Assembly (NCBI RefSeq): GCF_009914755.1
Contig: NC_060927.1
From: the human T2T-CHM13v2.0 reference genome, Homo sapiens
Length of the DNA stretch: 64,000 nucleotides
Reading direction: 5' to 3' (one strand)
This document shows positions 53,151-64,000 of this stretch, piece by piece; within the stretch, counting starts at the first letter, position 1; every line of letters starts with the position of its first letter. Below the pieces are notes generated by a model, which saw nothing but the letters and a program-made list of their open reading frames with translations, made no database searches and was not told the DNA's origin. Both the position numbers and the translations under genes were made by a program.

Positions 53151-55439
53151 ATTGACACAGGGAAATGCAATATGATTCAGGTTTAAGTGTTAAGTCATCG
53201 GGGTCCAAAGGAATAAGCAAAGGTCAGAGGAAAGATTTTATTTGATTCAGTCTGTGTCTCCTCTTTGGATTTGGTTTAGGAAGACGTTGATATCCTGAGA
53301 AGCTATAAATGGTTTTCCAGCACAGCAGCAGTTAGAAGTTAATAGTGATTTGTGACTGGGGAAGCTTTCCTCTATTTGTTGATCTCCCAGATAATACTTT
53401 CTGTTCTTGTAAATCTGTCTTGAGATTTCAACATATGTATGGGAATCCAAGGTGTGTCTGGGTGTGCTTTAATTTTATTAAATGTTTTCCCATGCTGGAC
53501 GTCTGGATACATTTAACAGTACTTGTACGTTTGAGACCTATTTGCCATTTTAATAAAAGGAAACAAACTCCAGAAATGCAAGAATTTAAACTAAATACCT
53601 CTTTTCTCAAATTTAATCTATAATTTTAAGAGTGGAATGATACTCTTCCTGCATAAGGAAAGACACACACAATTATATAAAATGACACACTTTCACACAT
53701 TTTGCCATTACAAGTCACTAATGCACTGCACTATTGACGTATTTTACTGTCCTGAATATTTTTTGGCCACGTAACTTTAAAATTACTGCAAATTTGGACA
53801 ACATATCATGGTTTAACACCAACTGAGGGGGCTTTTTCCCTATAAACGTTCATCTATAAATTAATGACTGCTATTTAAAATGTGTTTCTTCAGACACCAG
53901 TCATATCATGTCCTCTGTGCTACTATAAGATTACCTCTTTATTTATCTATGTGGGTAAGTTAATTATAAAAATGCTTGTACCAACTGATCATTTTGCTGG
54001 CATAATGAGTATCTTAAACTAGATTAATTTTCTAGCAATATCTAATGGAGACTAAATCACACATGAACATGCTATAACAATATAATGATGAAACAGTGAA
54101 TGAATCAATTAACTCCTTGATAAACATCAAAAACATACCTCACTCTTATAATTTATAAAGTGAAAAAAAAAGCCTTTCTACTTTCTTTCTGTCAGCATTT
54201 AAAACTGGCTAAATTCTGGACAATAAACATTATGAAATACATTTTCCATACATGGTCAAAATAATCTCAAAAGGCTGCTTAATTCAATTACTGACAGAAC
54301 TTTCAAACAAAGAGGCACCATACTTGGTATCATATGTTGTCTGTATATAATTGCTTCTAAAAACATTTCTTGTCAACTGAATTGGTGGTTGATGTTGATC
54401 TTGTTTAAAGGGTTCTAATGATCAAGTTGTCATGATAGGTTATATTTTCTGTTTCATTCTAAACGCCAGATTTGACTTATTATTTGTTCAATCTATCCAG
54501 TAAACCATGAAACCAATTATCGAAGCCTCAGTCATTCAGCATATAATCTAGAAGCTGTCCATTTTATTAATCTGAACACTTCTCGGATTATAAAATATCC
54601 TAAGAAAAGAATTGAAAGCAATCCTAAGTATCAAAATAATAGATTTCCTTTTAGTAGGCACCAGGATGCCAGGAATACAGATACCAAGCATAAGATAAAA
54701 TACTTCAAGAGGTCAAAAAGGCAGTAGGCGTGCTGGACTTCAGAGTAAGTGGATTGAGGCCCTGTTGGGAGGATTTCTGGAGTTGGTGATACTTGAACTA
54801 AATTTGAAGGAAGAAGAAAACTTCCATCACCAGATAAAAGAAGAAAGATAATTGCAGGCAGAGGAAATTGTGGAATACACTTTGGACTCTATTTCTGGCA
54901 GTGGTACTCAAGACAATAGCATGAGCGATTATACTGTATGTTCTCTGCAAATGTTTTGGATGGAGTTCAAACATGCCCAACTTCAAACTTTAGCAAGGTT
55001 TAATTACTAGATGCTTCTAAGAAGAGTCTAGTTATAGTCTTAATAGCATCATATTGTCTCAAGGTCTTAGTGATATCAGAATGTAAATCAAATTTACATA
55101 AATACATTTTTTAACTTTCATAAATGGAAGTTATGAACAAATCTCAAATGATGATTTTTTATAAAGGGAAAAGACATGAAATCAACTCTTAACTATCCGT
55201 GAATAAATTTTCTGAGGTTTTTAAATTTTCTATTGACATTAGTTGATAAAATTATTTATGAAGAATTTTTTTGTACTTTTAAATTTTTTCTTTGTTTTCT
55301 CCACCTTCTTTTTTAATAAAAAAAGAAAATAAAATAAATATTGCAAAAATACTACAAATTTATAGCTCATCTACATAGAGGACAGCTACAGTTTTGCATA
55401 TTAATAACAATGACATTGATGATGGTGATGATGATGAAG

Positions 55440-55650
55440 TTGATAGCTCTTACCAATTATTTAGGGCTAAGTAAGTTTTGGACACTTTACATGGATTAGT
55501 CACTTTGTTTCTTAGAACAACCTCATATAAGGTAGATGCTCTTATTGTCATCATTATATAGTTAGGAAACCTGAAGCATAATGCCATAAGAAACTTGATT
55601 TAGGTCATGGAGGAGCTGAGAGCAAATTCACAAAGCTGGCTCCATATTCC
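55440..55650 (-). mobile_element. MIR remnant
   Basis: ACTTTACATGGATTA..AACAACCT..AGGTAG..TTAT..GGAAACcTGAAGCA. Confidence 0.6.
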
Positions 55651-56343
55651 AAAGTGTGAAGCCAGGGTGCGGAACACTTAGATAATATGATGCTCTTTAA
55701 TCAAACTCTCTGAGGACCAGTTCTTATTTCTCTAGTGTGAAATAAGTGCTACCCTTAAAAGTTTTGAACACTGCAGGTGGCCATGCTCACCTCAATAGTT
55801 TTGGATTCAATAAATTGATCCATGGTGCAGCCTTGGTTTCTATAGTTTTAACATTTGTACAGTTAATTCTGATTAAAACTTCGAGTTAAGAAACTTGATG
55901 TACATTCTTTGTTTAGTCTGAAGTATTGTGGTATCTAATGGACATGCCATATCACAAACAAAATTACTATATTGTATTTGCCACCCATCACTAGTCCACA
56001 GAAAGATAAATGATACTTGTATGACCTGAGATAAATATTTTTAATGTTTTTTGATATATTTTATGATAAATCTTAATGTGTGGGGTATAACGTATCTTTT
56101 TTTCAATATTAGAATTTTCTACTTATGCATCTTTGTAGTAGATAAAAATTAACTTTTTATTTAAAAAGGAGGTCAGATTGAATCAAAAAGTAAGGCAAAT
56201 ACAATACTGGAAAATCATCTTTACTATGAGATTTGTCATAGGTAGCAAAAGGAGAAAAGCAAATAAATATTGTCACTGAAAAGAAGTGAATAGCCAAATT
56301 TTGCATAACCAGAGCCCATTAAACAACTTAATATTTTAAGCTC

Positions 56344-56406
56344 ACGATTTAATACCAGCAAAATAACGATTTAATACCATTAAATAACGATTTAATACCA
56401 GCAAAA
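56344..56406. repeat. Triplicated 21-22 bp unit (ACGATTTAATACCA...)
   Basis: Units start at 56344, 56366 and 56387. Confidence 0.92.
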
Positions 56407-56813
56407 GCAGTGAGCAGTTTTTGTAGAAGACATTAATAAAGATTGGCAAGGACGAAAATTTTAAATTCAATGTCGAACTCTTCCTGCATACGCTGCGATG
56501 GCTGATAAAAATGTCAGTATAGAAAAGAGTAATATTCATTTGTTGTTTGAGCTCTCAACTTTTTATTGTGGCCGTAACAGATATTTACACATATGAAAAA
56601 CTCATTGCATACTTACAAGTGTGATTATTTTCTAGTATTGTATTTACCTTACTTTTTTATTCAATGTAACCTCCCTTTTAGACAGAAAATTAATTGTTGT
56701 ATACCACAAAGATGCATAATTAGGAAATTTTAATATTTAAAAAGTATATTTCTTGATTAAAAAATAATTTTTCTCAAGCAAGTTTTCCAAGGTAGTAGCG
56801 TCCAAAGGCAGCT

Positions 56814-56832
56814 TAGTGCCATCTAGTGGCAA
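56814..56832 (-). promoter_or_regulatory. Candidate CTCF binding site
   Basis: Minus strand TTGCCACTAGATGGCACTA versus CTCF consensus TGGCCACCAGGGGGCGCTA; differences fall at degenerate motif positions. Confidence 0.7.
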
Positions 56833-58801
56833 AATTAGTTATCAGCTTATTCCTCCTGATAAAAGTTCAGTAGAGTGCCGGACATGAATCTACATCACAC
56901 ATACGGTAGGTATGAATTTTAGGATGTATGTTGACTTCGTATAATAATGAGGCAAGCCTATGATAATTACACCAAAATTTAAGTCTAACATTTAATTATT
57001 ATTAATTAACGAGGAATTATGTGTATCTAAGACACAGACAACAAATGAAAGATACAAGACAGTAGCTTTAAAGGATAAACCAGACCTCAGAAGGGAAAGC
57101 GACAACCAGTTTTTTAAAAATAATAGATCGAAGTGCATTTTCAGTGTCAGGATGTGCTTAAGGTTATGAGTAACAATTAGAATGAAAAGGAATATTTGTT
57201 TCTCTGTTGTGTTGTGGGAGAAACTAGCTAATATTTGGATAAAATTCAGAACATTATATTTAAGCTACAGAAGAGGAGAGGTTACTGAGAAAACTATTCA
57301 ATAACTATGAGATTTTATAAAAGGACCTATAATTTCTCCCACTGTAGAACCTAAATAATACAAGATTGAAAAGTATCTCTCTAGAAATGTTTGTGAACTG
57401 TCTTTCCTTGAAGGAAATGGAGTGGACTTGATGAAATTAAAATTAAGTTTCTTTTCAGGCTTTAATTGTATTAAAAGCCAAGTATGCTCCCTCAGAATTC
57501 ATCTTTTTTGGTTTTGAGATAATAAGTCTGTTTGACCCAGCTGAAATTCTGCCTTTTGTTAGTCCTTTTCCTGAGACTCCAATTAACTTTACGAAATTTC
57601 TCTTCAGGGAAAAAATCTAGGCAAAAGGATTAATTTAGCTAACAATGCTGTGATATAAAAATCTCTGTAGGAGCTTTTTCTGACCTATTCCAGGGACTCT
57701 GCCAACTCAAATGCTGGGATGATAAAAGAGTTCTTCATAGCCCGGGAGATAAGGAAAAAACCCATCGCATCAGACCCAATTGCTCTTAGAGGAATTCAAA
57801 AGAATCCAAAATAGCCTTAATGTCTAAAAATGCCACACTTTCTCCTAGTCAGATTGGAAAGGGTACATAAGACTGAGTTTTTAAGTGATGTAATTTTCTC
57901 AACCTGATGAGGAAAGCTTTCATATGTTCTAAATGAGCTATCAGAAAAAGAGAGAGCCACTCTTTTCTTCTCAGCCACTAACAGCAAAATGAAACAATAT
58001 GATTTTATGAAACACATAAAATCTGTGGATAGGAACAGACACAAAGCTTCTCTTGCTCCCAGTCTTAGCCATGATGAGTTTTCTTGGTTTGCTTATGAAA
58101 CACAGAAACAGCTGTGATTTCTTTCCTTGTCTGTGTATTGCTTAAAACACTCTCTTCTCTCCAGTCAAGCACTTTGATCCTTTTGTATCTCTAATTCAAC
58201 ATGATCACAAAACATGAAGAAAGAAAGAAATGGATGGAACTGTTATCATTTTATCCATATAGGTTTAAATTATTTTTCATTTTCTTATTTATGATACCAG
58301 GATTTTAAAATTTTTAAGAAGTCATTTTTACATAGACTATCCTTGTATTACACATCATAATTTAGGAACAAAAGTGAATTACATCTTTCAACATATTTTT
58401 CCTGGAAGACCGTATAATTAATGTGTGTATAATTAAAACACGACTACTAACTCTTTGCAAAGAAAGATATCAGTTTCACTGAGTTCTAGGCTTCCACACA
58501 GAAACATATGCATATGTACCCACAGGCATTCACATGCACACACACAGAAGCACATACATGGTTTGACACATACACGCATGCAGTCTTGTGCATACATAAG
58601 CACAGGTGTGTACATCCAGACACATTTACTTTCATATTCCTTTCTTCATTGTGACTTGCAATTTGAAAGCCTCAGTATCAAGTTTATGATAATAAGAAAC
58701 ATAATGACATATATTATTATTGCAATCAGTCATTTTTCCAAGAAGCAATTTTCACCATATAGACCACGGTCCAAATCTGATGGATTAAAATATAATAAAG
58801 G

Positions 58802-59077
58802 TGCCTGTAATCCCAGCACTTTGGGAGGCTGAGGCGGGTGGATCACAAGGTCAGGAGATCGAGAACATCCTGGCTAACATGGTGAAACTCCGTCTCTACT
58901 AAAAATACAAAAAATTGGCCAGGCGTGGTGGCACGCACCTGTAGTCCCAGCTGCTCAGGAGGCTGAGGCAGGAGAATGGCGTGAACCCGGGAGGCGGAGC
59001 TTGCAGTGAGCTGAGATCACACCCACTGCACTCTAGCCTGGGCAACAGAGCGAGACTCCATCAAAAACAAAACGAAA
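58802..59077 (+). mobile_element. AluY lacking about 19 nt of its 5' end
   Basis: GAGATCGAGAaCATCCTGGCTAAC and GAATGGCGTGAACCCGGG diagnostics. Confidence 0.95.
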
Positions 59078-59078
59078 C

Positions 59079-59162
59079 TATATAAATGTGTGTGTATATA
59101 TATATATATATATACATATATATACACACACACATATATATATATACACACACATATATATA
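59079..59162. repeat. Compound (TG)/(TA)/(CA) microsatellite
   Basis: Direct reading of the sequence. Confidence 0.93.
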
Positions 59163-60477
59163 AAAATTATAGGAAACAGTAATTCCAAGTCATTGATAAT
59201 TATGTATTTATCATAATTCTATTATATATTGTGTTTCAATGATTGATGATAATTTTGATTTCATCATTTGAAATTAATCATTACTTTTCAGAAATATCTC
59301 CATTTGTTTTAACAGCTAATTACCCTCCCTTCATGCCACTCATATATATTTTTCCATATTCTAGGTTTTTTCTCCTTTCCTCTAATTTCAACTTCTTTTG
59401 CTTACTCTTGACTAATTAATCTTTTCTTCTCTGTGATTTACTTATCACAAATCAGGCCTTAATCCATTATTTTCTTATTTAGGTGACAATGTGAAGCAGC
59501 TCTGGTTATAATTTGCAGGGATTAATCAATCCAGTTTCTGTATATTTTTGGTCCTTTGTGGTACGTTTTTATAATAAAGTACTTTTATTATCAAAAAAGG
59601 CATTGACATCAACTACTCTGAAAACATTTAATAGTGATTCATACGTCCGATACCTTAACTTTAGTTTAACATGTTTAAATAAGCATGCATACCTGCTAAA
59701 CGGGTATTTCTTTTACATATTTTCTGACGAATTAACTGAGGATTCACTGAGGTATCAACAGAACCCTGAAAGCCATAAGACTACATTTTCTGAAAAGTAG
59801 TTCTCTTTGGGGAATACCCTCTTTCTGAATACCTGGGGAAACTTCCACTCTGACTGAGTTCTGAAAGAGCATGTTTAATCATTCCTCACTCTATAGCTAC
59901 AACTTCTTTATATTCAGTTCTTCCCCTCAATTTCCAAACATATTTGTACGTGAATTGCATCAGAATGTCCTGTCCTCAGAATCTTCTACTTGTAGTTTAC
60001 TTATTGGTTCCCTCTATGCTTTACTCCTTTCCTCTCACGATTAGAATCCAAATTTCATCTAATGGCCACAGCCACCCTTCACCAGCATTTTTTATATCTC
60101 TGTGCCATTGAGCTTCTTTCTCACCTGCTTGGCAAAGCCACAACTGTGTATCAGTTCACTTCTTGGCCTTTCCACCTGCACATCCGTACCAATTCACACG
60201 TATACTAACGTCATGTCAGCAAGCTTAACTTGGTCCTGAATGTGGACAGACAAATGCATTTCTATCATAGCCCCATGGGAACTCTGCGTCGGTTGCTACT
60301 TAGTCAGAAATCTTGGCTCCTCCATCTCTCTGCTTTATCATCAGAGGATCCCCTAACTTCATGAATAAGTAAAAGTCCTCACATGAAAGTGCTACCAACC
60401 CCCTCCATTGAGTCTATCAACTTGCAGCTGCACTTCTATTTTTAACTCTCCGTGTTAAAACGGTACTACTTTCCCAG

Positions 60478-60821
<344 letters not shown>

Positions 60822-60924
60822 TTACATCTCTTCCAGACTTCTCAGGACAGGGAGTTTTTGGTTATGCACTCTCATCCTTGTATGTTTAATTCTACCTATA
60901 CAAAGCCTTCCTACAGAGATGCTG

Positions 60925-61130
60925 ACTCCAGAGTCAGGCAGACCTGGAGTTCTTTACTAGTCTTAGTATTAAGACTTAGCAAGTGGGGGCAAGATACTGC
61001 CCTCTAAACCTCAGTTTTCTTACCTGTACAATGGGAATAATAATAGCACATACCTCACATGATTAGGGTGATCGAATAATGGATGAGGAAAATTTTGGCA
61101 TGAAAGATTTGACAAAGTTTTGCTGTTTAT
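60925..61130 (+). mobile_element. MIR remnant
   Basis: CCTCAGTTTTCTTACCTGTACAATGGGAATAATAATAG..ACCTCA. Confidence 0.7.
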
Positions 61131-62787
61131 TACTCTTCCTAACAGGATTCAAGGAAGCCTATTCATTGGGAGTATGGGAGGGCAATAGTTTTTCTTAAAC
61201 TCAATGCCTCCATTTTGTATTCTTGTCTGACTTCATTCTTCTGATTCACCATGAAACTACTTAAAAGAAATGTACTCTTCACCTCTAACCCTGTTTCCAG
61301 CCTCCTCTTTCTGACTTTGACATTCACCACTCTACTGCAAGTCCTCATAAAATTCACAACTTCAGCTCCATGTTAAAAGTCCCTTATCTTAGTGCTCTCT
61401 TGGCAAGAGAGCAATGTTTTATATGCCCTCCTTACTCATCGCCTCTCTTTTCTTGGCTCTCTTGGACGCAACTCCAAATAGAATGCCCAGCACTTGGCCG
61501 GCACAACACAGGGCACATAACGGCCACCAATAAATATTTGTTCAATGATTTAATTAACACATGAACGAGAGTTCCAGGGTCACATTTGCCAATGATGTTT
61601 GCCGAGTTTTCAATCCTCTCGACGTTCACTTCCCTGAAGAAACAGCTGGAATCCTAAATTCCTTGTAAGGTAGTTCAGTTCATATTAGATTCCTGCTAAA
61701 AGGCTAAAACCACATTAGTCTCTTAAGAATATTCTATATTAAGGATGTCTTAGAAACGGGGAAGCTCTTAAGTTTACATTATATAGCTTTCAGAGCTATT
61801 GCACTTGGTCAGAAATAGGAAACAGAAATGGTGAGGCACATTTCCATGAAAGCTCAAATTACACTATTTTGTAAAGTTTAAAATCTGCCCATCATTATCC
61901 ATAAATTGCAGCTATACATTATAATTATTTAATCTACATTTCTTGTTAAACATCTAAATTATGTCACTTCACCAATTACAGGAATTATGTGATTAGGTGT
62001 AATTATCCTAAATAGCTGAACACAATTAAAACATCTTACATGCAGGAAGTGTCATACATAGTATGTTATTTTTTTTTTCTCTTGACTCACTGTCCTTGGT
62101 CTCTATCAGAAGGAGTTAGAGACTGACTCAGTTTGAATGGAATCAGGGAATTTCCAGCTTTCAAGTGACCACTGGCTCAGGGGCCACCTACAACAATTCC
62201 TTTCTGATATTAATCTCATTTTCAGACAATTTCTGCAGTTAGAATTCCCTGAAGCTTATCACCAATAATATAAAGAGCAGCAATGCTGACTCTGATATTT
62301 TATACTGCTCAAGGGTCCAAAAGATCTATGCAAGACTGAATTGGAAGATTATATTCAGATTTCTCTGCTTAGAAGATCCCCCACACAGTTTGCCTGACTA
62401 CTGTCTACCCATCGTTCGTTAAAATGTGTTTCAGACAGTCATTCAACCTTTCAACCTCTTGATTTTTCCATCTATAAAACATGGATGATTATAATAGACA
62501 ATAAATGTGAATAATAATAGTACCTCCCTATTATCAGTTTCAGCACATAGAAAGTACATATTACTCCTGAGTTCTCAGATTAAATCATTGCTTATTCAGG
62601 GGCCCTGAACAGCATTTTTCACTTTTCTCACAATTTGTAATTAAGTATTACGAGTTTCGTAGCTTAATATCATTTTCCTTTATTAAGCCATACATTTCAT
62701 GAAGATATACAGGGATCGTGCTTGTTTTGTGCCTAGCATACTGCTTACACACAGAGAATGCTGAGTGAATGAATGAGTGATGAATGA

Positions 62788-63093
<306 letters not shown>

Positions 63094-63362
63094 TCCTTTG
63101 CCTTTCTTTTGCCACAACCAGATAGTGTTTTTTACAGTTGCCTGATAAATTCATTCATGCTAGAGTCCTAGAGACCCTTTGTTTAGATCACAAGAGAGAC
63201 TGCATGGAAAATAATTTTCTAAAAATAACTGCAAACTACTATGCAACTAATTGATGCTATTACTACCATCTGCGCATTAAAAGAGAGTAGACTGCCTGCA
63301 ACCCACAGAAACAGCAACTCAGTGGGCTCAGGGACCAGCCCAAGGGGTGGTGAGGAAGTTTT

Positions 63363-63392
63363 CTGGGAGCTCAGAGCTCCCAGCTCTGAGCT
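63363..63392. repeat. Two overlapping perfect inverted repeats
   Basis: CTGGGAGCTC-a-GAGCTCCCAG and AGCTCAGAGCT-ccc-AGCTCTGAGCT. Confidence 0.9.
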
Positions 63393-64000
63393 GTTAGGTA
63401 CTACAAAACAACCTCCTAAAATTCTGCCAGGTGTGAGGCTATTATGCCTGAGAACCAGACTTTCCCTAACCACAGGAACTTGTTCTGTTGCTACAAACAT
63501 CCACTTCACGTTCTTCCCTCAGGCACCTTCTTTAGCTTGTCTCACCCTGCTGCTGCTCCTTCCTCTCCCACATTCTACTGTTTTAGAGTATAGTTTAAAC
63601 TACCTGCTCTGACTGTGGATCCTTAAATCCGCTTGCACCTTTTTTGCTCTTCTGTCTCTCAGAAAGAAATTAAATGCAGGCGGGACCTGCTTTTAGGTAC
63701 TTAGATACCCCCAACAGATCAAAATCCTGATTGTTTTTACATGATGAAAGAGTTTTTCAATAAAATTTACAGCAGCAATTCTTTAAGTAACACCTGCTCA
63801 TTAGTGCATTTTAAATCTGATTTGATTAATAAATGTTTAAGGTATGCACAAATTTGCAAAGAAACACTTATTGTGCATAACCAGTACCTTCAACTATCCT
63901 GTCAGTTCATATGATAACATTCACAAAAGTCAGCTTCTACAGCTTATGGGGCAATCTAAATAGTGGGAAAAAAATGAGAAAATATTGTTTTGTGTATACA

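Noticed and set aside
58490-58625. CA-rich tract giving His/Thr-rich and Cys/Val-rich ORFs
   Set aside because: A degenerate (CA)n microsatellite; the peptides are low-complexity artefacts.

Overview
AT-rich primate (human or other catarrhine) non-coding DNA, either intronic or intergenic, identified by eye from repeat consensus features. I found no convincing protein-coding exon, tRNA, rRNA or CRISPR array. The ORFs I could recognise are Alu, LINE-1, MaLR or tandem-repeat translations. The window is a layered record of transposons: 19 Alu-family copies (FAM, FLAM, AluJ, AluS, AluY), a two-LTR THE1C-type MaLR provirus, two solo THE1 LTRs, a solo MER11C (HML-8) LTR, MLT1A and MLT2 LTRs, L1, L2, L3 and MIR remnants, hAT MITEs (MER5, MER20, MER33, MER58B) and a half MADE1. 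Structure the standard repeats do not explain: (1) a 235-bp CpG-rich orphan retroposed insert with poly(A) and a perfect 12-bp TSD at 1242-1476; (2) a 4x45-bp minisatellite with paired GATA sites and a degenerate p53-family-like double CATG core; (3) a strong CTCF motif inside an AT-rich but CpG-retaining patch; (4) template-switch-like hairpins and micro-duplications. I see no evidence for a new multi-gene system. Subfamily names and old-repeat boundaries are approximate.
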